Source: Pseudobacteriovorax sp.
Lineage (GTDB): Bacteria > Bdellovibrionota_B > Oligoflexia > Oligoflexales > Oligoflexaceae
DNA: 13,197 nt
Assembly: GCA_050293845.1 (NCBI GenBank)
Contig: JBNKNM010000156.1
Location: 1-13,197 of the forward strand
Reading direction: 5' to 3'
In this document: positions 1-9,208 of the stretch, in pieces
How positions within the stretch are numbered: the stretch's first letter is position 1
How the letters are laid out: each line of letters opens with the position of its first letter
The notes under the pieces: model-generated
Database searches by the model: none
Told to the model about the DNA's origin: nothing
Seen by the model: only the letters and a program-made list of their open reading frames with translations
Made by a program: the position numbers and the translations under genes

Positions 1-540
1 AAAATGCCTTTCGGGCTCGTTTTATATTCAAATTATCTAAATCAATTGCCTATATCTTAACCAGCTATTCGAATAAACTACATTCCTCCAATCCAGATGG
101 CGGTTATAACTTATATTCATCGAAAAAATGCTTACGAGGGATGTGTCCATATTAGGCTCCATGGGCAGGAATGATTTGTTGTAGTGTCTTGGTATTGATC
201 CTTAGTGTTTGCTACTTATTTTCCTAACGCTTTGGATGCGAATAACCTGCTATTAGAGCATTGTTTTTTTGCACTTAAAAATAGAAATGAAAGACATACA
301 CTGCAGGATTGATTTTTTCCAAAACTATAGAGTAAGTCTTCCCAAATTTTTTAGAGCCGGAAGACTAGCTATTCTTTGCCATTTCGGTCAATGTGGATCA
401 ACATAAAATACCTGTGAAAATCAAGACATAATTTGTTGCGGTAAATATTCTTTACTTTATTTTTAGAAATATTAAGAATCTCCTTAGGCATTCCTAATAA
501 ATAATCTGGCAAGTTTGGAAGGTACGAATTTATCCTTATT

Positions 541-969
541 ATGAGGTTGTTAATGAATAAGACCGCATTTATGAAAATTGTCAGTAAACTCCCAGGTCTA
601 ACCCCGACAGGATTTATTTCCACGTTCCATCACGATTATTTAAAAAAACGTTCTGAATTAGAAAATAGGGCTATATATCTTCAGCAAACTATCGACGCTT
701 ACCACTATCTATGCAAATTCACGAAATCGAAGATTATGACTAAATGGCAGAAATTCAACTGCACTCCCTCTAAGATTCAAGGACTTGTGGAGTGGAACGC
801 CGGACGTGAAGTTCTTCCTGGTCCTATAATTGTTGCTGCTGTGTATGCAGGATTTGATCTTCATTACAGTGGGTTAGGTGATCCTTGCTTTAATATCTTT
901 GCCCGACAATTGGAAGGGGAATTGCGTGACTATCGGGTAAGAGAAATTATAAAACGCGCTGTAGGTTAG
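541..969 (+). CDS. hypothetical protein (142 aa; true start may be a downstream Met)
   Basis: Longest ORF in an otherwise AT-rich region with plausible amino-acid composition. No family recognised with confidence and no clear SD. Confidence 0.6.
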   Translation: MRLLMNKTAFMKIVSKLPGLTPTGFISTFHHDYLKKRSELENRAIYLQQTIDAYHYLCKFTKSKIMTKWQKFNCTPSKIQGLVEWNAGREVLPGPIIVAAVYAGFDLHYSGLGDPCFNIFARQLEGELRDYRVREIIKRAVG

Positions 970-1167
970 TATTGCAAATATTACTGAAACAGCATTATTT
1001 TTACTTTTACGCCTTGGATCACTGAAGGAACTCAGCAGACTACCGGTAGTTATTTGCCTGAAATTTCAGGAAAAATATTGCTAGCAAAAAAAAACTAAAC
1101 AGAGTTACTCCTTCACCGAGCTAATCTTATAACATGCTCATGCATGTTTGGATTAGTGGAGGAATAT

Positions 1168-1311
1168 ATGATCAGAGTAAAATTTTTCAAGAGGTATTGG
1201 CAAATTTTGTTATGCGCTATTTATCTGCTTGCTCTTCAAAAGCTCCTTGCATTTTCCAATAAAGATCAGCATCTTAGCGTCTCGGGTGAGCATATTGAGT
1301 ATCGGCGATAG
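1168..1311 (+). CDS. small single-TM or signal-peptide protein, 47 aa (MIRVKFFKRYWQILLCAIYLLALQKLLAFSNKDQHLSVSGEHIEYRR)
   Basis: Translated by hand; not in the ORF track. Perfect SD GGAGG at 1158-1162, 5 nt before the ATG. Basic N-terminus then a hydrophobic stretch. A strong hairpin follows the TAG. Confidence 0.6.
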   Translation: MIRVKFFKRYWQILLCAIYLLALQKLLAFSNKDQHLSVSGEHIEYRR

Positions 1312-1317
1312 GATTTG

Positions 1318-1340
1318 ATGAGGGGTTTAGCACCCCTCAT
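1318..1340. terminator. stem-loop between the convergent small ORF and cysK, possibly a bidirectional terminator
   Basis: ATGAGGGGT-ttagc-ACCCCTCAT is a perfect 9-bp stem between the stops at 1311 (+) and 1366 (-). U-tracts are weak on both strands. Confidence 0.55.
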
Positions 1341-1365
1341 AATGTTCGTTTTGAAGCAGTAATTA

Positions 1366-2307
1366 TTAGTCTTCAAACAACCAAGTAGAAAGGTACCTTT
1401 CTCCCGCACTTGGTAAGATGGCAACGATAGTCTTACCACGATTTTCTTCTCGAGAAGCAACATCCAATGCAACTTTGACGGCAGCTCCTGATGAAATACC
1501 AATTAGAATACCTTCTTCCTTTGCAGTTTTTCTTGCAAAAACCCCCGCCTCATCATTGTCAACTTGAATCACCTCGTCAATAATTTCTGTCTTTAATACA
1601 TCGGGTATAAACCCAGCGCCGATTCCCTGAATTTTGTGGGGACCAGGCTCACCTCCCGAAAGTACTGGCGAGCCTTTAGGCTCAATGGCGATAGCTTTAA
1701 AACCAGGCTTGAGCTCTTTAAGTACGCTGGCTACACCTGTAATTGTCCCCCCTGTTCCCACGCCCGACACTAATATATCTACATTTCCATCGGTATCATC
1801 CCAAATTTCCTGGGCTGTAGTGCGACGATGAATATCTGGATTCGCTGGATTTTTGAATTGCTGTGGCATGAAGTATTTTTCATCTGAAGCTGCAATTTCT
1901 TCAGCCTTTGCAATAGCTCCCTTCATGCCTTTTTCGCCTGGAGTCAGAACCAGCGAGGCTCCCAGAGCTTTTAACAGTTTTCGTCTTTCGATAGACATAG
2001 TGTCGGGCATGGTTAGGGTGAGAGGATAGCCTTTTGCAGCAGCAACAAATGCCAAACCAATACCAGTATTTCCACTTGTGGGCTCTACTATGGCCTTACC
2101 CGGTTTTAGATCTCCACTGGTTTCTGCTTGCTCGATCATGCTAAATGCTATGCGATCCTTTACTGAGCTTAAGGGATTAAAGAACTCACACTTCACTAGA
2201 ACTCTGCCGGGTAACCCTTTAGCCAACTTACTTAACTCTACAAGTGGGGTGTTACCAATCGTTTCCAAAATACTTTTAGCAATTTTAGGTCTTTGAATAC
2301 GTTCCAT
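1366..2307 (-). CDS. cysK: cysteine synthase A (O-acetylserine sulfhydrylase)
   Basis: Motifs [16 protein letters not shown] (PLP lysine), [23 protein letters not shown] and GERYLST. SD AGGAG upstream. Confidence 0.97.
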   Translation of the reverse strand: MERIQRPKIAKSILETIGNTPLVELSKLAKGLPGRVLVKCEFFNPLSSVKDRIAFSMIEQAETSGDLKPGKAIVEPTSGNTGIGLAFVAAAKGYPLTLTMPDTMSIERRKLLKALGASLVLTPGEKGMKGAIAKAEEIAASDEKYFMPQQFKNPANPDIHRRTTAQEIWDDTDGNVDILVSGVGTGGTITGVASVLKELKPGFKAIAIEPKGSPVLSGGEPGPHKIQGIGAGFIPDVLKTEIIDEVIQVDNDEAGVFARKTAKEEGILIGISSGAAVKVALDVASREENRGKTIVAILPSAGERYLSTWLFED

Positions 2308-2324
2308 ATAATACTCCTGATAAG

Positions 2325-3155
2325 TTAAATACCTTCACCGTCTCTAAAAAAAGCTTGTTGATAACGTGTTTGTAAAATCCGGCTGTTAGCCGGAACCGTT
2401 TCAGTAATCCAAACATTTCCTCCAATGATAGAATGATGTCCTATGGTAATGCGTCCTAGTATGGTAGCCCCAGCGTAAATGACCACGTGACTTTCGACAA
2501 TAGGATGGCGCGGAATCGCTTTCACTAAAGTTCCATCTTCATTTTGAGGAAAACTTTTGGACCCTAATGTGACTCCCTGATAGATGCGACAGTAGTCTCC
2601 TATAATTGCTGTTTCGCCGATAACTATGCCTGTGCCATGATCGAGAAAGCACCCGGCTCCAATGGAAGCTCCTGGATGGATATCAATTCCTGTTTTAGAG
2701 TGAGATATTTCGCTGATCAGGCGTGGTAGTAGCGGGACTTTGCGCTGAAACAATAAATGGGCGATACGATGGCTAAGCATAGTACGGATACTAGGATATG
2801 AAATAATGATTTCTTCACGGCTAATAGCGGCAGGGTCCCCCTCGTATGCTGCTTTGATATCCTCGTGAAGGCTTTTTTTGATCGTCGGGAGCTGAGTGAG
2901 AAGCGAGTCGAAATCGGCATCTATCAGTTCTGAGCTGCGCTTAACCTTTAGGTGCTCCACGATTGTACTATATTGGTCCAATAGCGCTTGCACAAGTGAT
3001 GTTAGTTGAGACTGACTGTGACCATCTTTAAGCAGAATATTCTCAAGGCTTAAAATGAACTCTTCTACTGCAGATCGGGCTTTATGAATTGGTACTGTTT
3101 GACCTTGAGAAAGCGACAGCAGATTATTTACGGTATACTCCAAAGAAGGTGACAT
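2325..3155 (-). CDS. cysE: serine O-acetyltransferase
   Basis: Motifs [35 protein letters not shown] and RHP, with hexapeptide repeats. ATG 3155 is preferred because it has an AAGGA SD; the ORF-track start at 3182 has none. Confidence 0.93.
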   Translation of the reverse strand: MSPSLEYTVNNLLSLSQGQTVPIHKARSAVEEFILSLENILLKDGHSQSQLTSLVQALLDQYSTIVEHLKVKRSSELIDADFDSLLTQLPTIKKSLHEDIKAAYEGDPAAISREEIIISYPSIRTMLSHRIAHLLFQRKVPLLPRLISEISHSKTGIDIHPGASIGAGCFLDHGTGIVIGETAIIGDYCRIYQGVTLGSKSFPQNEDGTLVKAIPRHPIVESHVVIYAGATILGRITIGHHSIIGGNVWITETVPANSRILQTRYQQAFFRDGEGI

Positions 3156-3191
3156 AATTAAATCCTTGCTAACTAATCCCATTGATATAAT

Positions 3192-3776
3192 TTATAAACT
3201 TCCAAACTGAGCTTGCAAAGTACGTTTATTAAGGGGAATGGTGCCATCATGCTCCCAAACCCGGAAAGAGCTATCCTTTCCTACCTGTTGTGCGGCGCGG
3301 TTGATAATATATACATCTCTGTCAAATTGATCTAGAAAAGCTTTTCGCATCGGGTCCCAGTCTTGGAAAACAAAAATGGGGTAGATAGAATAAGTAGAGA
3401 CCTCCTCTACCCACTTTCGCATCAACTGTGAAGGCACCGTTTCGAAATGTTCCCCATCTAACATGACGGTAGGTCGCTGTAGTTGATAAAGAACTCGTCT
3501 TAATGCTGGAACAATAGATCCACCTTTTGAGTTCTTATTCTCAATAACAGCAATGATCTTAGGGGGTATCGAAATTTTTCCCCACGGAACTTGATTCCAT
3601 ATCCGTTCATGGAAAAAGTAAAGCACCATTTTAGCTATTGCCTCAGATCCTCCAATAACGAAGGCCACCCGCCAGTTACCGGTAAAAATGATAACCAGAA
3701 TGGCTGTTGCTGTTGTGGCCAGAAAGCGCCAACTAAGGGTTTTGGCAACAGATCTTAAATTAGAGTCCTGTTTCAT
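3192..3776 (-). CDS. DUF2061-like membrane protein fused to a degenerate APS-kinase-like domain
   Basis: The N-terminus RSVAKTLSWR...LYFFHERIW...WG matches the DUF2061 pattern with two hydrophobic segments. The C-terminus has VMLDGE, similar to CysC LDGD, but no GxxGxGKS/T P-loop. Confidence 0.8.
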   Translation of the reverse strand: MKQDSNLRSVAKTLSWRFLATTATAILVIIFTGNWRVAFVIGGSEAIAKMVLYFFHERIWNQVPWGKISIPPKIIAVIENKNSKGGSIVPALRRVLYQLQRPTVMLDGEHFETVPSQLMRKWVEEVSTYSIYPIFVFQDWDPMRKAFLDQFDRDVYIINRAAQQVGKDSSFRVWEHDGTIPLNKRTLQAQFGSL

Positions 3777-5289
3777 AAGGAGGCTCCTTCAGACTTATAT
3801 CCTTACTGGTATGAGCATCGCCTGACCAGATCATTTCTTGGTGTTTGAACTCTAGAAAACTCTTACGATTGGTTAAAAGTTTAATTTGGGAATCAGCCAG
3901 TTTTTGTAGCCACCAGTGATCCCGCGGCTCAAGGGCTTCGTCTTTTTCATCCCAGATGAGTAGGCTACGGTATCGGTTCTGAGCTTGAATCTGTTCCAAG
4001 TAGGATCTGTCGTTACTGTAGTGCCAAATGGCAGGTTCTCGATGGGAAACTTTGAGTTCTAACGACTTGCTAAAAAAGCCAGCACCGACAGTTCCGTGAG
4101 AATCGGGGTCGATTAAGATGAATGAACCGGTCGATCTTGATATATCATAAGGGTCGGATGGCAGTCGTTGATAGCTTTGAATTCTCACCTTTCCAATATC
4201 GTTAAGTTCCAGTTTTGTTACCTGTTCAAATGCGAAAGATTCAAGGTTATATTTGCCAAGAACTTGGGTGAGTTCTGCTGGTACAAGACGTTCCCTATGT
4301 TTGAGTAAATAGTTTTTCGTTTTGTGGCTGGGCTGATCATCGAACCAGATCAAGTCTGCTTCCCACTCATTTGAGTAAAATACGTCATGGTTGGTATCTA
4401 CCATGATGGATCCGCGATCACAATCAATGTCGTCTTCTAAGGAAACCACAAGGGAGTAGCCTGTATTTGCCTTGGTGATTTCTTCCTCACCACGAAAAAT
4501 AGCTTTCACGCGACTTTGTGTTTGTGAGGGGTATACTTTGACAACGTCACCAACTTTTAAAGTACCTGAAACGAGACGGCCAGCAAACCCTCGGAAATCT
4601 TGGTGAGGACGAATGACATACTGAACACTAAATCTTGTGGGACTATCTGTATTTTGTTTACTGGAAATGCCTTCTAAAACTTCAAGTAAACTCGGGCCTG
4701 CAAACCAAGCCAGTCGATCGCTGCGTTGGGTAACCTGATCTCCCTCTAAGGCGCTAATAGGAATGGATAACCATTCCGTAATGCCGATATTTCTTGCCAG
4801 ACTTTCAATATCTTTTTCTATACTGCGAAAAACCTCTTCCTTGTAATCACAGCGATCGATTTTGTTAACAGCAAATATGAAGTGAGGGATTCCCAGCAAA
4901 GAACTTATTTTGGTATGACGTCTCGTTTGTTGGGTTAGTCCTTGGGTGCAGTCGATTAAAATGATAGCCACATCGGCTGTCGAGGCCCCTGTGGCCATAT
5001 TGCGGGTATATTGTACATGGCCAGGGGTGTCGGCGAGTATATATTTTTTTTGGGGAGTGCTGAAGTATTTATAGGCGACATCAATGGTGATTCCTTGTTC
5101 CCGCTCCGACTTTAAACCATCGGTAAAAGCTGCAAAATCTACTTCAGAAGGATGTGTTTTACTCTTTATTTGTAACAATTGGTCTTCCATAATTGCCTGG
5201 CAATCGTGCATGAGACGACCAATCAGTGTTGACTTTCCATCATCAACACTACCGGCTGTTGAAATGCGAAGAAGTTGGGAGCTACTCAT
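3760..5289 (-). CDS. cysN: sulfate adenylyltransferase subunit 1 (GTPase) with a C-terminal extension of about 95 aa
   Basis: Motifs GSVDDGKSTLIGRL, EREQGITIDVAY, DTPGH, NKID and GSFILID. TAATG overlap with the cysD stop. Confidence 0.96.
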   Translation of the reverse strand: MSSSQLLRISTAGSVDDGKSTLIGRLMHDCQAIMEDQLLQIKSKTHPSEVDFAAFTDGLKSEREQGITIDVAYKYFSTPQKKYILADTPGHVQYTRNMATGASTADVAIILIDCTQGLTQQTRRHTKISSLLGIPHFIFAVNKIDRCDYKEEVFRSIEKDIESLARNIGITEWLSIPISALEGDQVTQRSDRLAWFAGPSLLEVLEGISSKQNTDSPTRFSVQYVIRPHQDFRGFAGRLVSGTLKVGDVVKVYPSQTQSRVKAIFRGEEEITKANTGYSLVVSLEDDIDCDRGSIMVDTNHDVFYSNEWEADLIWFDDQPSHKTKNYLLKHRERLVPAELTQVLGKYNLESFAFEQVTKLELNDIGKVRIQSYQRLPSDPYDISRSTGSFILIDPDSHGTVGAGFFSKSLELKVSHREPAIWHYSNDRSYLEQIQAQNRYRSLLIWDEKDEALEPRDHWWLQKLADSQIKLLTNRKSFLEFKHQEMIWSGDAHTSKDISLKEPPYETGL

Positions 5290-6185
5290 TAAAAATACCC
5301 CTCTCGCTTTTTTGTTTCCATGGATGCTTCTCCATCGTAGTCAATGATTCTTGTTATTCTTTCTGAAGTTTTTGTTTGCACCATTTCAGCTATGATCTCA
5401 TCTAAATTCTTTGCTGTAGAAGCAACGGCTCCCGTACAAGGGTAGCAGCCTAAGGTGCGAAAACGGGACCAGATCATCTTTGCTTCTGGAGGTATATTAT
5501 CACCGAGAACTGGGATGAGTTGACCACTTTTTTCTAGCATGGGTCTTTTCTGAGCAAAATATAAAGGAACGATAGGAATATTCTCTAATTGAATATAACT
5601 CCAGATATCTAGCTCAGTCCAATTGGATAGGGGAAAAACGCGAATACTTTCTCCTCTATAAATTTTAGTGTTAAAAAGATCCCAAAGTTCGGGTCTTTGA
5701 TTTTTGGGGTCCCACTGCCCATGTCTGTCTCGGAAAGAAAAAAAGCGCTCTTTTGCGCGCGATTTTTCTTCATCGCGGCGGGCTCCTCCAATGGCGGCAT
5801 CAACTTCATACTTACTTAGTGCATCTAATAATGCTTTGGTTTTTAATAATCCGCAACAGCGCATCGTTCCGAGTTTAGATGGGTGAGTTCCTGCTGTGAT
5901 GGCTTCTTCATTACGATAGACCAATAATTCAAAGCCGTGTTTTGCAGCAAATTTATTGCGGAACACAATCATCTCGGGAAACTTATAACTGGTATCAACA
6001 TGCAGTAAGCGAAAAGGAATTTTTCCGGGGAAAAAAGCTTTTTTAGCTAGGTGGACTAATACTGAAGAATCCTTACCAATCGAGTAAAGAATTACAGGCT
6101 TCTCAAAATTTGCAGCTACCTCTCGTATAATGAAGATGCTTTCATCCTCAAGATCTCTTAATTGCTTTTGGTTTAGGTCTAACAT
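5289..6185 (-). CDS. cysD: sulfate adenylyltransferase subunit 2
   Basis: Motifs [43 protein letters not shown] and C-terminal KKREGYF. SD AGGAG. Confidence 0.97.
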   Translation of the reverse strand: MLDLNQKQLRDLEDESIFIIREVAANFEKPVILYSIGKDSSVLVHLAKKAFFPGKIPFRLLHVDTSYKFPEMIVFRNKFAAKHGFELLVYRNEEAITAGTHPSKLGTMRCCGLLKTKALLDALSKYEVDAAIGGARRDEEKSRAKERFFSFRDRHGQWDPKNQRPELWDLFNTKIYRGESIRVFPLSNWTELDIWSYIQLENIPIVPLYFAQKRPMLEKSGQLIPVLGDNIPPEAKMIWSRFRTLGCYPCTGAVASTAKNLDEIIAEMVQTKTSERITRIIDYDGEASMETKKREGYF

Positions 6186-6197
6186 GAAAATGCTCTC

Positions 6198-6905
6198 CTA
6201 TTTATATGAGTGTAACCCACACTCTTTCGTCGTGTTTTGTTCCCACCACCATCGTCCTTCACGAAAGTCAGCTGTGGCTGGTATAGGGCGGGTGCATGGA
6301 GCGCAACCGATACTGGAAAAACCTCTCTTATGCAGAGAGTTCATGGGAAATTCAAGCTCCTTTTGCCTGGCTTTTAATTGCTCCCAGCTCCAATTCCACA
6401 AAGGACTGATTTTAACTCTACTGTGTTTATCTAGTTCAAAAAGTTGCAGATTGGCTCGTGCCGCTGATTGCTGGCGTCTTAAACCTGTGATCCAAGCTGT
6501 TTTACCCTTAAGAGCCCGTTGTAGTGGTCTTACCTTTCGGACTTCGCAGCACGAAAGCCTTTGAGGGACACCATCATAGAAGCCATTGATACCAAATTCC
6601 TTTACGTAGCTTTCTACGTCATCTGGATTAGGAAAGTATGGTGTTAAGATTTTGCCATAGACTCTTTCTACATCTGAAATCAGTTGGTAAGTTTCGTCGT
6701 GAAGGCGTCCTGTATCTAGATAAAAAATTTCAGATGCGATATTTTCTTTTACTATGGTGTCAAGAATCAGCATATCTTCTAAACCAAAGCTACAAGCAAA
6801 TGTAAGTTTTTTAGGAAAGGTTTTACTGGCAAAATATAAAGAATCTGCCTCATTCTTTTGTGCAAAATCCTGATTCCAACTAGCTATTTGTTCTATACTT
6901 ATCAT
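6198..6905 (-). CDS. cysH: adenylylsulfate (APS) reductase, CysH family, 4Fe-4S type
   Basis: Motifs SFGLED, LDTG, CCEVRK, WITGLRRQQS, SIGCAPCT, REGRW and ECGLH. The CC...CxxC pattern marks APS rather than PAPS reductases. Confidence 0.95.
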   Translation of the reverse strand: MISIEQIASWNQDFAQKNEADSLYFASKTFPKKLTFACSFGLEDMLILDTIVKENIASEIFYLDTGRLHDETYQLISDVERVYGKILTPYFPNPDDVESYVKEFGINGFYDGVPQRLSCCEVRKVRPLQRALKGKTAWITGLRRQQSAARANLQLFELDKHSRVKISPLWNWSWEQLKARQKELEFPMNSLHKRGFSSIGCAPCTRPIPATADFREGRWWWEQNTTKECGLHSYK

Positions 6906-6908
6906 GAC

Positions 6909-8573
6909 CTATGCCTCAAACCGTGAAAGAAATTCAAACCCTCGACGCTGGCTATAATCTCCAAAACTTTCATGGGGCAAAGAACTAGCCGACCACTCAG
7001 TAAAAGCCTGATCCAGTAGTTCTAAGATTTCTGGTATAGTCTTCTTCACAGCAACTTGCTGGTTGAGCCGGGTACCCTGGGCATCACCACCCAAATAAAG
7101 TGCATACTTACCAGGTAATTGGCCGACTAAGCCGATCTCAGCGGCATAGGGCCTTGCGCACCCATTGGGACATCCTGTGATTCTTACTGTTGGTGGTGTA
7201 GCAGCCTTGCCATGTTTATCAAGAAGACTGGCTATGGCATTAAAAAGTTCTTCTCCAATGCGTTCAGATTCAGCAAATGCCTTTACACAGGTGGGCAAGG
7301 CTACGCAAGTTACTGCACGATTCAGAAGGCTATGAGGACTGTAAGGATTAATGCCCCATTTGTCAAAAACGGTTTCGACTTTATTAACATCTTCAGGGGC
7401 AATTCCTTCCAGTATAAGATCTTGCTCAGGAGTTACTTGAACATGACTGGCAAAGTTGCTAATAAGCTCTTTAATAGCAGTTTTAAGCTTGCTATGATCG
7501 CGATCGACAATTCTTCCTGATAAGAGGTGAAGTCCAAATGCTTTTTTACCATTTTCTTGATCATGCCATCCGAGATAGTTAGGTGTTTCCCAAGCTGGTA
7601 ATGGCTTTTCTACAAATTTAAATTGAGCTCTTTTTTCAACCTCTTCACGGAACCAATCAAGCCCTTGTTTAGCGATGGTATATTTGAGCCTCGCCAAGGC
7701 GCGATTGTCTCGGTTACCAAAGTCCCTTTGTGTGGTAACTATAGCTTCTGCTACAGGTATAAGTAATTCAGCACTTATCCACCCTAAGCTATCTGCTAAG
7801 CGCGGATAAGTGGAAGGATCGCTGTGGGACTGGCCCATGCCACCACCAGCAAATACAAAGTATCCGTTGATTTTATAATCATTATCAAATGTAGCAGCGA
7901 AAGCTAGATCATGGGTGAAAAGATCAATATTGTTATTTCCTGCTTGTGTGACGCCGATCTTAAATTTACGTGGTAAATAACTATCTCCGTAGACCTTGTC
8001 TGCTTCATCAATAATTTTTCTGTCATCTAAAAAGATTTCATAGTAAGCGTTCGACTTAACCTCGAAATAGGAAGATAGTAAATCGGCTACTTTATCCAAT
8101 GCAGCAAGATCTTTGCGACCCCAGGGGTTTACAGCCTGTGTAACATTTCTAACTACATCGCCGCAAGCGCCTGTGGTGGACTGTAAGGTTTCATTGATCC
8201 TTTTTATCGTTTGTTTAACGTCCTTTTTTAAAACACCATGAACCTGGATACTTTGCCTTGTTGTTAAACGAAGGCCATTGTCAGAGTATTGATCAGCTAG
8301 CTCATCCCAAATTAACCATTGTTGTCTGCTAAGTCGCCCTCCAGGAATGCGGCCTCGAACCATAACAGTAAATGGCTTGGGACCCAAATGTTTTTCTTCT
8401 GGCTTGCGGCGGTCACGATTTTTTTGTTGATACATCCCGTGAAACTTCATCAGGTTGTCAGTTTGATTACTAAAACGCGGTTTATCGTTAGACAGCTCTT
8501 CGGCTATATGACCTCGTAAACCCCTTGATTCCAATTTTAACACTTCCATCGCGGATAGCTTTGTCTTGCTCAT
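6909..8573 (-). CDS. cysI: siroheme/4Fe-4S sulfite reductase hemoprotein (CysI/Sir)
   Basis: Motifs KFHGMYQQ, LRLTTRQ, GACGDVVRNV, LPRKFKIG, CVALPTC and TGCPNGC. Start moved to ATG 8573, which has an AAGGA SD and an ATGA overlap with the upstream stop, instead of 8645. Confidence 0.94.
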   Translation of the reverse strand: MSKTKLSAMEVLKLESRGLRGHIAEELSNDKPRFSNQTDNLMKFHGMYQQKNRDRRKPEEKHLGPKPFTVMVRGRIPGGRLSRQQWLIWDELADQYSDNGLRLTTRQSIQVHGVLKKDVKQTIKRINETLQSTTGACGDVVRNVTQAVNPWGRKDLAALDKVADLLSSYFEVKSNAYYEIFLDDRKIIDEADKVYGDSYLPRKFKIGVTQAGNNNIDLFTHDLAFAATFDNDYKINGYFVFAGGGMGQSHSDPSTYPRLADSLGWISAELLIPVAEAIVTTQRDFGNRDNRALARLKYTIAKQGLDWFREEVEKRAQFKFVEKPLPAWETPNYLGWHDQENGKKAFGLHLLSGRIVDRDHSKLKTAIKELISNFASHVQVTPEQDLILEGIAPEDVNKVETVFDKWGINPYSPHSLLNRAVTCVALPTCVKAFAESERIGEELFNAIASLLDKHGKAATPPTVRITGCPNGCARPYAAEIGLVGQLPGKYALYLGGDAQGTRLNQQVAVKKTIPEILELLDQAFTEWSASSLPHESFGDYSQRRGFEFLSRFEA

Positions 8574-9208
8574 AACGATGAGTTCCTTTCGTAATTTTCT
8601 AATTTTTTCTGTGTATAATGAGGCTTTAAGTACTGTTCGTCCCATTGTTTCAGCATATGGCGAAAGATATGGGTTCGTTCTGTGATATCAGGATATAATT
8701 TCTTTAAACGTTGACGCAGATCTATGAGTTTAGAAACTTCTGTATGGTGGTCCTGAGGCAAAATTTCTTCGAGGATTTCTCGAATAGCTTTAGCTAAACC
8801 AGGCAGCCTTCCTTCGGAAGATACTGCAATTTGTGTTGGTCCATAGTGGATTTGGGCTGAAAATAGAAAGTCACAATTTGTACGATCGTCGACAGCATTT
8901 ACTAATTTACCAAGTCGATGACAATCGGTAACGATCTCAGTATTTATATCGTGATGATTTGTGGCAATGATGACTAAATGGTGGGGAAGGGCATCCTTCG
9001 ATCTATATTCTCTGCGAACGATAGTGATTTTTTCCGGATGAAGATAGGCAAAATCCAGAATTTCCTCAGATATATCCGGGGCAACAACAGTAATGGAAGC
9101 ATCGGTGCGAATCAGCTTTTCTAGCTTTTCTTTAGCCACGCGTCCTGCTCCTACCAGGAGAATTGATTTTCCCTTTAGGTCAAAAAATAGGGGTAGCAAC
9201 TTGTTCAC
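8570..9208 (-). CDS. precorrin-2 dehydrogenase / sirohydrochlorin ferrochelatase (CysG N-terminal, SirC/Met8-like)
   Basis: Motifs LPLFFDLKGKSILLVGAGRVA (NAD-binding Rossmann), VNAVDD..CDF and IAVSSEG..PGLA. Likely start is GTG 9208 with an AAGGA SD. Confidence 0.9.
   Translation of the reverse strand: MNKLLPLFFDLKGKSILLVGAGRVAKEKLEKLIRTDASITVVAPDISEEILDFAYLHPEKITIVRREYRSKDALPHHLVIIATNHHDINTEIVTDCHRLGKLVNAVDDRTNCDFLFSAQIHYGPTQIAVSSEGRLPGLAKAIREILEEILPQDHHTEVSKLIDLRQRLKKLYPDITERTHIFRHMLKQWDEQYLKPHYTQKKLENYERNSSL

Noticed and set aside
37..150. 37-aa minus-strand ORF (MDTSLVSIFS...RQLI) with a GGAG SD and a weak GAAA hairpin near 1-23
   Set aside because: Short, no recognisable features, and could arise by chance. 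It is at the window edge with no context.
369..623. 84-aa minus-strand ORF
   Set aside because: AT-rich low-information sequence that overlaps the better ORF 541-969 on the opposite strand.
1266..2296. ORFs 1266-1502, 1634-1831 and 2078-2296
   Set aside because: Alternative-frame or antisense shadows of cysK.
2717..8519. ORFs 2717-2920, 5084-5347, 5609-5809, 5704-5886, 6130-6564, 7212-7520 and 8319-8519
   Set aside because: All overlap well-supported cys genes and have no motifs.
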